64,000 nt of DNA from a plasmid. Position 1 is the stretch's first letter, and each line of letters begins with the position of its first letter. Below the pieces are notes generated by a model. It did not search any database and was not told the DNA's origin. It saw only the letters and a program-made list of their open reading frames with translations. The stretch lies in the sequence record NZ_CP072388.1; one strand, written 5' to 3'. This document shows positions 28,519 through 38,436 of the stretch, piece by piece. Position numbers and translations under genes: made by a program.

Positions 28519-28934
28519 CGGGTCTCCTGCGGGGCGGGTGCGGTGAGGTCGAAGCTGCACCACACGGTCTTGGTCCGTTCGTGGGCGCGTACTCCCCAGT
28601 CCGTCGCGAGGCGCTGGACCAGGTGCAGGCCTCGCCCGCGGGGGTTGTCGGGGTCGCGTCTGGTGGGCAACGTCACGTGGGGGGAGTGGTCGCAGACGGC
28701 GAGCGTGACCACACGGTCTTCGATCGTGACCCTGATCCATGCTGGCGGGGCAGCGTGCTCGAGGGCGTTCGCGACAAGCTCGGACCCGGTCAAGATGAGT
28801 CGCGCCTGATGTGGCTCGGGCACGTCGTGGTCGTTGAGCACGGTTCGTAGCCAGGTGCGGGCTCTGGCGAGCTCGCTCAGGGAGGATCCGAGATTCAGGC
28901 GCTCGGTATGGGCGGGGCGGCGGACGAGGATCAT
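28515..28934 (-). CDS. HATPase_c anti-sigma-factor-like Ser/Thr kinase (SpoIIAB/RsbW family)
   Basis: SELVANALEHA...GRGLHLVQRLATDWGV motifs. ATGA overlap with the upstream small ORF. Confidence 0.7.
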   Translation of the reverse strand: MILVRRPAHTERLNLGSSLSELARARTWLRTVLNDHDVPEPHQARLILTGSELVANALEHAAPPAWIRVTIEDRVVTLAVCDHSPHVTLPTRRDPDNPRGRGLHLVQRLATDWGVRAHERTKTVWCSFDLTAPAPQETR

Positions 28935-29167
28935 GCGCCGGTGCCGCCGAGCACGAGTGGGCGCTCGGTGATCCAGGCGATGGCACCGGAGACCTCGTTG
29001 ACGCGGCGGGTGATCTTGACGACCTCGCGTGCGGGCACGCGGTACTGCGACCGCCACACCCCGGGTGTCTGCGGGGTCTCGAAGATGATGTCGCGGCCGT
29101 CGTCGACGGCGCGCATCGCGCTGACCTCGACGGTCTGGTGGACGGTCTCAACACGGAAGAGCGGCAT
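28931..29167 (-). CDS. Small hypothetical protein (78 aa), first gene of the operon
   Basis: Coding-like composition. Stop overlaps the HATPase start. Confidence 0.35.
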   Translation of the reverse strand: MPLFRVETVHQTVEVSAMRAVDDGRDIIFETPQTPGVWRSQYRVPAREVVKITRRVNEVSGAIAWITERPLVLGGTGA

Positions 29168-29320
29168 CTAGCCTCCTGGTTCGAGGGCGACCGAACTGTC
29201 GCACCATATCTCTACCGTTACGTGAGTGTATGCCTCTCCCGGGCTTCTGTGAAACGCCCGGATCACAGGGGTACCGTCCTCTCGTTGCGGTAGGGTGTCG
29301 TGGTCGAACGGAGAGGTGTC

Positions 29321-29737
29321 ATGGGGTTGAACCACAAGCAGATCGGTGAGGTCGCCGAGCGCACCGGTCTGTCGTTGCGCACGATCCGGTACTACGAGGA
29401 GGTCGGGCTGATCACGCCGTCGGCGCGTTCGCACGGCGGCTTTCGCCTGTACACCGAGTCCGACATCGCGCGGCTGATGCTGGTCAAGCGCATGAAGCCG
29501 CTGGACTTCTCCCTGGAGGAGATGCGCGACCTGCTCTCGGTGCTCGACGACCTCGAGCGCGACGACGTCGAGGCGTCGGTGCGCGAGGCCGGCCTAGACC
29601 GCTTGAGCATGTACGAGACGGCCGCCGAGGAGCGGTGCGCGAGTCTGCGCACGCAGCTGGAGACGGCGCAGGAGTTTGCCGGCAGCCTGCGCCGAGAGGT
29701 GCGTCGTCAGCGTCAGGTGGTGAGCCGGTCCCGGTGA
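29321..29737 (+). CDS. MerR-family transcriptional regulator (paralog 2)
   Basis: KQIGEVAERTGLSLRTIRYYEEVGLITPSARSHGGFRLY. Same domain architecture as 25443-25823. RBS ggagagg. Confidence 0.8.
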   Translation: MGLNHKQIGEVAERTGLSLRTIRYYEEVGLITPSARSHGGFRLYTESDIARLMLVKRMKPLDFSLEEMRDLLSVLDDLERDDVEASVREAGLDRLSMYETAAEERCASLRTQLETAQEFAGSLRREVRRQRQVVSRSR

Positions 29738-31326
29738 GCGCACCGACTCTGGACCTCTCGCCGGTCGAGGTGCAGGCTGCCCGCCGGCGCAGCATCGCGG
29801 TCATCTCTCACCCCGACGCGGGCAAGTCCACGCTCACCGAGGCGTTGGCGTTGCACGCGCGGGCGATCGATCACGCGGGTGCAGTGCAGGGCAAGGGCGA
29901 GCGCGCTGGCGTGGTCTCCGACTGGCTGGAGATGGAGCAGAAGCGTGGCATCTCCATCACGTCGGCCGCGCTGCAGTTCGCCTACGGCGACGTCGTGATC
30001 AACCTGCTCGACACCCCGGGGCACGCCGACTTCTCCGAGGACACCTACCGCGTGCTGACCGCGGTCGACGCCGCCGTGATGCTGCTGGACGCGGCCAAGG
30101 GGTTGGAGCCGCAGACGCTCAAGCTGTTCGAGGTGTGCCGGCGCCGCGGGGTGCCGGTCATCACGTTCGTCAACAAGTGGGACCGCCCCGGTCGTGAGGC
30201 GTTGGAGCTGTGCGACGAGCTGGAGCAGCGCATCGACCTGCGCCCGGCCCCGATCACGTGGCCGATCGGCGAGGCGGGACGCTTCCTCGGTCTGCTGGAG
30301 CGGGCGAGCGGGCAGGTGCGCACCTACCGGCGCGCGCCCGGGGGCGCGACCCTCGCCGAGGAGGACCTGCTCTCCCCGGAGGCGGCCGTCGACCAGCTGG
30401 GCCAGGACCACGTCGACGCGCTGGAGTCCGTGCAGCTTCTCGACCCGGTCGACCGTGAGTCGTTCCTGGCTGGCGTGAGCACGCCGCTGCTGTTCGGCGC
30501 GGCGCTGACCAACATCGGGGTGCGCCAGCTCTTGGACACGATCGTCGATCTCGCTCCAGCACCTGGCGCCCGACCGGGGGTCGATGGCACGTCGCGCGAG
30601 GTGAGTGAGGCGTTCAGCGGGTTCGTGTTCAAGATGCAGGCCGGGATGGATCCTCAGCATCGCGACCACGTCGCGTTCGTGCGTGTGTGCTCCGGGGTGT
30701 TCGAGCGCGGCATGGTCGTCACGCACGAGCGCACCGGTCGACCGTTCGCGACCAAGTACGCGCTGTCGGTCTTCGGGCGCGAACGCACCACTGTCGAGCA
30801 GGCCTATCCCGGGGACGTCGTCGGGCTCGTGAACGCCAGCTCGTTGGCCGTGGGCGACACGGTCTACGACGCCGTCGGCCGACCGGTGCGCTTCCCGCCC
30901 ATGCCGATCTTCGCCCCCGAGCACTTCGTTGCCGCTCGCGCGGCCGACCCGGGCCGGTCCAAGCAGTTCCGCAAGGGCATCGCCCAGCTCGAGCAGGAGG
31001 GCGTGGTCCAGGTCCTGGTCTCCGAGGCCCGCGGTGACGCCAACCCGATCCTGGCCGCCGTCGGACCGCTGCAGTTCGAGGTCGCCGCGTTCCGCATGGA
31101 GCACGAGTTCTCCGCCCCCGTCATCGTGGACCGGCTCGACCTGTCACTCGCGCGCCAGGTCGCTCCTGAGCACCTGGGTACCGTCGAGACTCACCGCGGG
31201 GTGGAGATCGCGCGCCGGGGCGACGGGACCCCGCTCGTACTGCTGCAAGACGTGTGGCACGCCCGCTCGTTCGAGCGAGCTCACCCCGACATCCCGCTGA
31301 ATCCGCTCGTCGCGAGCGGCACCTGA
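29734..31326 (+). CDS. prfC: Peptide chain release factor 3
   Basis: G1-G4 GTPase motifs (SHPDAGKST, DTPGH, NKWD). GTG overlaps the MerR stop (GTGA). Confidence 0.9.
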   Translation: MSAPTLDLSPVEVQAARRRSIAVISHPDAGKSTLTEALALHARAIDHAGAVQGKGERAGVVSDWLEMEQKRGISITSAALQFAYGDVVINLLDTPGHADFSEDTYRVLTAVDAAVMLLDAAKGLEPQTLKLFEVCRRRGVPVITFVNKWDRPGREALELCDELEQRIDLRPAPITWPIGEAGRFLGLLERASGQVRTYRRAPGGATLAEEDLLSPEAAVDQLGQDHVDALESVQLLDPVDRESFLAGVSTPLLFGAALTNIGVRQLLDTIVDLAPAPGARPGVDGTSREVSEAFSGFVFKMQAGMDPQHRDHVAFVRVCSGVFERGMVVTHERTGRPFATKYALSVFGRERTTVEQAYPGDVVGLVNASSLAVGDTVYDAVGRPVRFPPMPIFAPEHFVAARAADPGRSKQFRKGIAQLEQEGVVQVLVSEARGDANPILAAVGPLQFEVAAFRMEHEFSAPVIVDRLDLSLARQVAPEHLGTVETHRGVEIARRGDGTPLVLLQDVWHARSFERAHPDIPLNPLVASGT

Positions 31327-31399
31327 CCCGAGGAGCACCCTGGCCTCGCACCACGCACGCCCGTCGGCCCTGAGCCCGAACGGGTTCTACGGCTGGCAC

Positions 31400-32665
31400 A
31401 TGGTCGTCTACGCCTCGATCGCCCTCGCGGCGACCGGGCCGGGACAGACCGTCGGCATCTCGTTGTTCATCGACCCGCTCATCGCCGACCTGGGCATGTC
31501 CCGGTCGACGGTCTCGACCGCGTACCTGGTCGGCACGCTCGCCGGGGCGGTCGTGCTGCCCTGGATCGGCCGGGGGCTGGACCGTCACGGCGTGCGACGG
31601 ACCCTGACCGTGATCGGCGTCGCGTTCGGCGCCATGCTTGTCGGCCTGTCGTTCGTCAGCTCGATCGCCGGGCTGACGGCCGGCTTCGTCGGGGTGCGCA
31701 TGGCCGGGCAGGGCGCACTGGGACTGACCGCGACGACCGCCGTCGCCCTGTGGTTCGACCGGCGCCGCGGCCTGGCCACCGGCATCGTCTCCGCCGTGGG
31801 TGCCGTCGGCATCTCCGCAACCCCGCTGCTGCTCGAGGGCCTGATCGCCCAGCACGGCTGGCGCACCGCCTGGCTCGTCGAAGGACTGGCGGTCTGGGCC
31901 GTCGTGCTGCCCCTGGCGCTGTTCGCCATGCGGGACCGTCCCGACGTTCTCGGCCAACGCCCCGACGGGGCCGTGCCCCCCTCGGACGGCGCCGACCTGG
32001 CGCGGCGCAGCGGGCTGACCCGAGCCGAGACGGTGCGTCACCCGTACTTCTGGCTGGTCGCCAGCGCCGTCGCGGTCTCCGGCATGCTGACCACCGCCGT
32101 CTCCTTCCACCAGATCAGCCTGCTGACCTCGCGCGGCCTGTCGCCCACCCAGGCGGCGGCCAACTTCATCCCGCAGACCGTCGCCGGGCTCCTCGCGACC
32201 CTCGCCACCGGCTACCTCATCGACCGGTTCGCGCCCCGCTGGATGACCGTGGGATCCATGGTGTCCCTCGCCCTGGCCCTGTGGTGGGGCACGCACGTCA
32301 GCCCTGGCTGGTCCGCCGTGCTCTTCGGCGCCCTGCTGGGCATCGCCGGCAACATGATCCGCGCCGTCGAGGCCGCCACCTTGCCCCGCTACTTCGGCAC
32401 CCGGCACATCGGAGCGATCCGCGGCCTGGTGGCCTCCATCAGTGTCGGCGGCACGGCCTGCGGCCCGCTGCTGTTCGCCGCCGTCTTCGACCACCTCGAC
32501 AGCTACACCCCCGCCCTGCTCGTCACCGCGGCGATCCCTATCGCCATCGCGATCTGGGCCCTAGTTGCGCCCGAACCCGACCCGCGTCGGTGGCCCAGGC
32601 GCCGGTGGCGTCCGTCACGTCCAGCCACTGAGAAGGCCCCCGAGCCAAACCTGCCCTCACGTTAG
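31400..32665 (+). CDS. MFS transporter
   Basis: 12 predicted TM helices, typical MFS loop motifs. An upstream alternative start is possible. Confidence 0.7.
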   Translation: MVVYASIALAATGPGQTVGISLFIDPLIADLGMSRSTVSTAYLVGTLAGAVVLPWIGRGLDRHGVRRTLTVIGVAFGAMLVGLSFVSSIAGLTAGFVGVRMAGQGALGLTATTAVALWFDRRRGLATGIVSAVGAVGISATPLLLEGLIAQHGWRTAWLVEGLAVWAVVLPLALFAMRDRPDVLGQRPDGAVPPSDGADLARRSGLTRAETVRHPYFWLVASAVAVSGMLTTAVSFHQISLLTSRGLSPTQAAANFIPQTVAGLLATLATGYLIDRFAPRWMTVGSMVSLALALWWGTHVSPGWSAVLFGALLGIAGNMIRAVEAATLPRYFGTRHIGAIRGLVASISVGGTACGPLLFAAVFDHLDSYTPALLVTAAIPIAIAIWALVAPEPDPRRWPRRRWRPSRPATEKAPEPNLPSR

Positions 32666-32837
32666 GGTAGAGTTATCGGCGGCTCGGTCCTTCCCTTCTT
32701 CCCGCTTTCGGGAGGGCCGAAGCCATCCACTCTTCCCCGTGCGCAGCGTCGCGTGCCCTTGTCCTGTCCATCCCCGGACCCGGTCACGTGATCTGGTCCT
32801 CGGGGCGTGCGCGCCCCTGACCTCGAAGGAACGCTGC

Positions 32838-34391
32838 GTGTCGAACGACGTCCGCGCCACCCTGCCCGATCCCGCCCCCACGCCTCAGCCCGTCACCGGT
32901 GCGCCCGAGGCGGACGAGTCCTACTCCGTGCTCGCTGCCCTGAAGTCCCCGCGCCGCCTGAAGACCGAGGTGCTCGCCGGGCTCGTCGTCGCTCTCGCGC
33001 TCATCCCCGAGGCGATCGCGTTCTCGATCATCGCCGGCGTCGACCCCCGGATCGGCCTGTTCGCCTCCTTCACGATGGCGGTCTCGATCGCCTTCCTCGG
33101 CGGGCGTCCCGCGATGATCTCCGCCGCGACCGGAGCGATCGCGCTCGTCATCGCGCCCGTCGCGCGCGAGCACGGCGTCGACTACTTCATCGCCACCGTG
33201 ATCCTCGCGGGCGTCATCCAGGTCGCCCTCGGTCTGCTCGGTGTCGCGAAGATCATGCGGTTCATCCCGCGCTCGGTCATGGTCGGGTTCGTCAACGCTC
33301 TGGCGATTCTCATCTTCCTCTCGCAGGTCCCGCACCTGCAGGACGTGCCGTGGATGGTCTACCCGCTGGTCGCCGTCGGCATCGCGATCATGGTCCTCAT
33401 GCCTCGCTGGACGAAGGTCGTCCCGGCTCCGCTCGTCGCGATCGTGCTGCTGACCGCCGCGACGGTGACGGCGGCCATCAACGTCCCGACGGTGGGCGAC
33501 GAGGGCGAGCTGCCCGACTCGCTGCCCTCGCTGTTCTTCCCGAACGTGCCGCTGACCCTCGAGACGCTGCAGATCATCGCGCCGTTCGCGCTCGCCATGG
33601 CGCTGGTCGGGATCCTCGAGTCGCTGCTCACGGCCAAGCTCGTCGACGACGTGACCGACACGCACTCGAACAAGACGCGCGAGGCCTGGGGGCAGGGCGC
33701 CGCGAACGTCATCACCGGGTTCTTCGGCGGCATGGGCGGCTGCGCCATGATCGGCCAGACCATGATCAACGTGAAGGCCTCCGGTGCGCGCACGCGCATC
33801 TCGACGTTCCTCGCCGGGGTGTTCCTGCTGATCCTCGTCGTCGGGCTCGGCGACGTCGTCGCGATCATCCCCATGGCCGCGCTGGTGGCCGTGATGATCA
33901 TGGTCGCGATCGGCACCTTCGACTGGCACTCCGTGCAGTTCGGCACTCTCAAGCGGATGCCGAAGTCCGAGACCGCCGTCATGCTCGCCACCGTCATCGT
34001 GACGGTGTGGACGCACAACCTGGCGTACGGCGTGATCGTCGGCGTCCTGGTCGCGATGGTCCTCTTCGCCCGCCGCGTCGCGCACTTCACGACCGTCACC
34101 CGCCTGGACGCATCCGACGCGGACAACCAGCGCGTCTACGCGGTCGAGGGCGAGCTGTTCTTCGCCTCCTCCAACGACCTCGTCTACCAGTTCGACTACG
34201 CCGGCGACCCGAAGCAGATCGTGATCGACATGACCAAGGCCCACGTCTGGGACGCCTCCACCGTCGCGACCCTCGACGCGATCCGCACGAAGTACGCGGC
34301 CAAGGGCAAGACCGTCACCATCGTCGGCGCCAACCCCGACACCACCGAACGCCTCGACCGGCTCGCCGGCAAGCTCGGCGCCGGACACTGA
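32838..34391 (+). CDS. SulP-family anion permease with C-terminal STAS domain
   Basis: LIPEAIAFSIIAGV SulP signature. STAS tail. GTG 32838 behind gaagga. Confidence 0.85.
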   Translation: MSNDVRATLPDPAPTPQPVTGAPEADESYSVLAALKSPRRLKTEVLAGLVVALALIPEAIAFSIIAGVDPRIGLFASFTMAVSIAFLGGRPAMISAATGAIALVIAPVAREHGVDYFIATVILAGVIQVALGLLGVAKIMRFIPRSVMVGFVNALAILIFLSQVPHLQDVPWMVYPLVAVGIAIMVLMPRWTKVVPAPLVAIVLLTAATVTAAINVPTVGDEGELPDSLPSLFFPNVPLTLETLQIIAPFALAMALVGILESLLTAKLVDDVTDTHSNKTREAWGQGAANVITGFFGGMGGCAMIGQTMINVKASGARTRISTFLAGVFLLILVVGLGDVVAIIPMAALVAVMIMVAIGTFDWHSVQFGTLKRMPKSETAVMLATVIVTVWTHNLAYGVIVGVLVAMVLFARRVAHFTTVTRLDASDADNQRVYAVEGELFFASSNDLVYQFDYAGDPKQIVIDMTKAHVWDASTVATLDAIRTKYAAKGKTVTIVGANPDTTERLDRLAGKLGAGH

Positions 34392-34422
34392 GACGTTCTC
34401 GAACTCCCTGTGGAGGACTGAC

Positions 34423-34692
34423 ATGCACTGCTACGACTGCACCCAGATGAGCCTGGACACCCCCGCCGTCGCAACCTGCTCCAGCTGCGGCGCCGCAACG
34501 TGCGGCCCCCATACGCTGGAGTCCGCAACTACGCAGACCGTCACTACGATGGGAAACCCCACGGCGCGTACCGTCAGGACGTTGACCTGCACGAGCTGCG
34601 CGCCGCGCGAGGCCACCTCGACCATCCACCGCGCCAGCGGGCGCGCGCACGCCGGACTCCACGAGCACGTCACCGTCGCTCGCACACACTGA
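34423..34692 (+). CDS. DUF2180-family zinc-ribbon protein
   Basis: MHCYDCTQ...CSSCGAATCGPH pattern. A paralog lies at 49399. Confidence 0.5.
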   Translation: MHCYDCTQMSLDTPAVATCSSCGAATCGPHTLESATTQTVTTMGNPTARTVRTLTCTSCAPREATSTIHRASGRAHAGLHEHVTVARTH

Positions 34693-34811
34693 CCCACCAG
34701 TGGCCCGGGAGAATGCGTGCCGGGCCGCGGGTCAGCCGACGATCCCCGGTTCGTCGTGGTGACGTCCCGCGCCACGACGAACCGGCCCACACCACCTGAG
34801 CGGGGAACACC

Positions 34812-36497
34812 ATGCACACCGCACCACGAGACCTGAAGCAACCAGCCGCCCCCGCGCCCGCAGCCCTGCGCATCACACCGCTGGGTGGCGTGGGGGAGAT
34901 CGGCCGGAACATGACGGTCTTCGAGCTCGACGGGCGCCTGCTCGTCATCGACTGCGGCGTGCTGTTCCCCGAGGAGCACCAGCCCGGCATCGACGTCATC
35001 CTCCCCGACTTCGCGAGCCTGGAGAACCGGCTCGACGACATCGAGGCCATCGTGCTCACCCACGGGCACGAGGACCACATCGGCGGGGTGCCCTACCTCC
35101 TGCGCCAGCGCCCGGACATCCCCGTCATCGGGTCCGAGCTGACGCTCGCCTTCGTCGCGGCCAAGCTGACCGAGCACCGCATCGACCCCGTGCTCACCCG
35201 CGTCGAGGCGGGCGACCGGCACACCGCCGGCCCCTTCGCCCTCGAGTTCATCGCGGTCAACCACTCGATCCCCGACGGGCTCGCCGTCGCGATCCGCACA
35301 CCCGCCGGGCTCGTGCTCCACACCGGCGACTTCCGCATGGACCAGTTCCCGCTCGACGGGCGCCTGACCGACCTGCGCGCGTTCGGCCGGCTCGGCGACG
35401 AAGGCGTGGACCTGCTGCTCGTGGACTCCACCAACGCCGAGGTCCCCGGCTTCACGATCTCCGAGGCCGAGCTCACGCCGGCGATCGACCAGGTCTTCAC
35501 CACCACGCCCGGGCGCGTCATCGTGTCCAGCTTCGCCAGCCACGTCCACCGCATCCAGCAGGTCCTGAACGCCTCGCACGCCCACGGACGCAAGGTCGCG
35601 TTCGTCGGCCGGTCCATGGTGCGCAACATGCGCATCGCGCGCGAGCTCGGCTACCTCGACGTCCCGCGCGGGCTCGTCGTCGACTACACCAAGACCCGCG
35701 GCATGGCACCGGAGAAGGTCACGCTCGTGTGCACCGGGTCTCAGGGCGAACCCCTGGCCGCGCTGGCCCGCATGGCGAACGAGTCCCACGAGGTCCGCGT
35801 CAGCGAGGGCGACACCGTCCTGCTCGCCAGCTCCCTCATCCCCGGCAACGAGAACGCCATCTACGGCATCATCAACAAGCTCACCGACCTCGGCGCCAAC
35901 GTCGTCCACAAGGGCAACGCCCGCGTGCACGTCTCCGGCCACGCCAGCGCCGGCGAGCTCGTCTACTGCTACAACATCCTGCGCCCCCGCAACGTCATGC
36001 CCGTGCACGGCGAACCCAAGCACCTGCGCGCCAACGGCGCCCTCGCCGAACGCACCGGCGTCGACCCCGACCACGTCCTGATCACCCGCGACGGCGTCGC
36101 CGTCGACCTCCTCGACGGCGTCGCCCGCATCGCCGGGCAGGTCCAGGCCGACCTCGTCTACGTCGACGGGCAGACCATCGGCCATGCCACCGAGGACACC
36201 CTGGCGGAGCGCCGCCAGCTCGCGGCAGCGGGCGTCGTCACCGTCCTCGCGCTCCTGCAGCCCGGCACGACCGAGCTCGCCGAACCGCTCGAGTACCTGC
36301 ACCGCGGCTCGGTGCACAGCCAGGACAGCCTCGACAAGGCCACCCGCGCCGTGCGCAAGGCACTCTCCGACGCCGCACACCGTAACCAGACCTCCGGCGA
36401 AGAGCTCGAAGAGCTCATCGCCACCACGGTCGCACGCTCCCTCGGCCGCGACGCCCGACGCGACCCCGTCGTCATCGCCTACGCCCTCGACGCCTAG
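34812..36497 (+). CDS. rnj: Ribonuclease J (metallo-beta-lactamase / beta-CASP)
   Basis: VLTHGHEDHIGG motif, beta-CASP motifs, 561 aa. Confidence 0.9.
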   Translation: MHTAPRDLKQPAAPAPAALRITPLGGVGEIGRNMTVFELDGRLLVIDCGVLFPEEHQPGIDVILPDFASLENRLDDIEAIVLTHGHEDHIGGVPYLLRQRPDIPVIGSELTLAFVAAKLTEHRIDPVLTRVEAGDRHTAGPFALEFIAVNHSIPDGLAVAIRTPAGLVLHTGDFRMDQFPLDGRLTDLRAFGRLGDEGVDLLLVDSTNAEVPGFTISEAELTPAIDQVFTTTPGRVIVSSFASHVHRIQQVLNASHAHGRKVAFVGRSMVRNMRIARELGYLDVPRGLVVDYTKTRGMAPEKVTLVCTGSQGEPLAALARMANESHEVRVSEGDTVLLASSLIPGNENAIYGIINKLTDLGANVVHKGNARVHVSGHASAGELVYCYNILRPRNVMPVHGEPKHLRANGALAERTGVDPDHVLITRDGVAVDLLDGVARIAGQVQADLVYVDGQTIGHATEDTLAERRQLAAAGVVTVLALLQPGTTELAEPLEYLHRGSVHSQDSLDKATRAVRKALSDAAHRNQTSGEELEELIATTVARSLGRDARRDPVVIAYALDA

Positions 36498-36563
36498 ACG
36501 CAGACCCCCGCGACGAGCCGAGCGAACTCCCGACGGACCCTGCGCAGCTCGAGTTACAACCTC

Positions 36564-36935
36564 TCAGCCACCGGTGGTCTCCGTGAGCGAGGTTGCCAGC
36601 TGGCTGAGCGCGCCGGGGACCAGGGAGTAGTAGGCCCATCGGCCGCGTTGCTCGCGGTGGAGCAGGCCGGCGTCGACGAGGATCTTCAGGTGGTGGCTGA
36701 CGGTCGGCTGGGCGAGGCCGATCGGCTCGGTGAGGTCGCACACGCACGCCTCGCCGCCGTCGTGCGCGGCGACGATCGACAGCAGCTGCACGCGCGTCGG
36801 GTCGCCGAGCGCCTTGAAGATGCGGGCGAGGTCGCGCGCGGTCTCGGGGTCCGCGGCGTCGCGCACGAGCGGCGCGCAGCATCCGCCTGCCGCGGGAGCG
36901 TCCGGTGCCTCGAGGGTGAGCGCGGTGGTGGTCAT
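36564..36935 (-). CDS. arsR: ArsR/SmtB-family metalloregulator
   Basis: GDPTRVQLLSIV...CVCDL...LAQPTVSHHLKIL. Confidence 0.8.
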   Translation of the reverse strand: MTTTALTLEAPDAPAAGGCCAPLVRDAADPETARDLARIFKALGDPTRVQLLSIVAAHDGGEACVCDLTEPIGLAQPTVSHHLKILVDAGLLHREQRGRWAYYSLVPGALSQLATSLTETTGG

Positions 36936-36951
36936 GCCCTCATCTTGCCAT

Positions 36952-37009
36952 GTATCGAAGTTTGTAGATACGTTGGCGTCCTATTTGTTGATCGAAGTTC
37001 GTCGATGCG
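36952..37009. promoter_or_regulatory. Candidate ArsR operator repeats in the divergent arsR/FMO intergenic region (gtatcgaag ... atcgaagttcgtcgatgcg)
   Basis: Relatively AT-rich. Repeated TATCGA(A/T)G half-sites also occur at 49364 and 52025. Confidence 0.35.
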
Positions 37010-37020
37010 AGGAGAGTGCG

Positions 37021-38436
37021 ATGAGCGTTGAGCGTGCGGACCTGCCGGTCGTGGTGATCGGTGCGGGCCCGGTGGGGCTGGCCGCGGCGGCGCACCTGCT
37101 GGAGCGCGGTCTGGAGCCGCTGGTCCTCGAGGCGGGTGACGGCCCGGGTGCGGCGATCGCGTCGTGGGGTCATGTGCGGTTGTTCTCCCCGTGGCGGTAC
37201 GACGTCGACGCCGCAGCCCGGCGCCTGCTGGACCCGACGGGGTGGGTCGAGCCGGACCCCGACACCCTGCCGACCGGTGGGGAGCTCGTCGGGCGCTACC
37301 TGGTCCCGCTCGCCGCGACGCCGCAGATCTCCGCGCGCCTGCGCACCGGGACGCGGGTCCTGGCGGTCGCGCGCGACGGCGCGGACAAGACGCGTTCCCT
37401 CGGGCGCGAGCGGCAGGGCTACCGGGTCCGCACCGTCGGCCCGGACGGGCAGGTTCAGGACGTGCTGGCGCGCGCGGTGATCGACGCGTCAGGCACGTTC
37501 TCGACGTCGAACCCGCTGGGTGTCTCCGGTCTCCCGGCGGCGGGCGAGACGGGGGCCGCAGGGTATGTCACCGGACCGCTTCCGGACGTCCTCGGGTCGC
37601 AGCGCGACCGGTTCGCCGGCCGGGACACGCTCGTCGTCGGGATGGGGCACTCCGCGGCGAACACGCTGCTGGCCCTCGTCGAGCTCTCCGAGGCCGAGCC
37701 GGGCACCACGATCACCTGGGCGATCCGCGGCGGGTCCGCGCGGCGCCTGTTCGGCGGCGGCTCCGACGACGAGCTTCCCGCCCGCGGGCTGCTCGGCACG
37801 CGCCTGCGGGCCGCCGTGGAGGCTGGGCGCCTGACCCTGCTCACCCGGGTCTCGATCGAGCGCCTCGTCCCGGGCGGGGACACCGTGCAGGTGCTGGGGA
37901 CCGCCCGTGACGGGGCGCTGAACCTCGACGTCCACCAGATCGTCAACGCGACCGGGTTCCGCCCGGACCTCGACATGCTGCGCGAGGTGCGCCTGGACCT
38001 GGACCCGGTCGTGGAGGCGCCCACGGCGCTGGCCCCGCTCATCGACCCGAACCAGCACTCGTGCGGCACGGTGCCCCCGCACGGGGAGCAGGTGCTGTCC
38101 CACCCGGACGACGGGTTCTACCTCGCGGGCATGAAGTCCTACGGCCGCGCGCCGACGTTCCTGCTCGCCACGGGGTATGAGCAGGTGCGCTCGATCGCCG
38201 CAGCGCTGGCCGGGGACCGGACCGCGGCCGACGCGGTCGAGCTGAACCTGCCCGCGACCGGCGTCTGCTCGACCGATCTGGCCCTGGAGGCCGACGGCGC
38301 GAGCGCGGGCGGGTCGTGCTGCGGAACCGCGCCGGCCGAGCCGCAGCTGGTCACCCTCGGTGTCGGGGCGCCGGCCGGTGTCGGGTTCGCGACCGGCGTC
38401 GTGCACGGCCGGTCGGGCGACGGCCAGGACGCGTGA
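37021..38436 (+). CDS. FAD/NAD(P)-binding flavin monooxygenase (ArsO-like, tentative)
   Basis: VVIGAGPVGLAAAAHLLERG Rossmann motif, second GMGHSAANTL motif. Divergent from arsR. Confidence 0.7.
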   Translation: MSVERADLPVVVIGAGPVGLAAAAHLLERGLEPLVLEAGDGPGAAIASWGHVRLFSPWRYDVDAAARRLLDPTGWVEPDPDTLPTGGELVGRYLVPLAATPQISARLRTGTRVLAVARDGADKTRSLGRERQGYRVRTVGPDGQVQDVLARAVIDASGTFSTSNPLGVSGLPAAGETGAAGYVTGPLPDVLGSQRDRFAGRDTLVVGMGHSAANTLLALVELSEAEPGTTITWAIRGGSARRLFGGGSDDELPARGLLGTRLRAAVEAGRLTLLTRVSIERLVPGGDTVQVLGTARDGALNLDVHQIVNATGFRPDLDMLREVRLDLDPVVEAPTALAPLIDPNQHSCGTVPPHGEQVLSHPDDGFYLAGMKSYGRAPTFLLATGYEQVRSIAAALAGDRTAADAVELNLPATGVCSTDLALEADGASAGGSCCGTAPAEPQLVTLGVGAPAGVGFATGVVHGRSGDGQDA

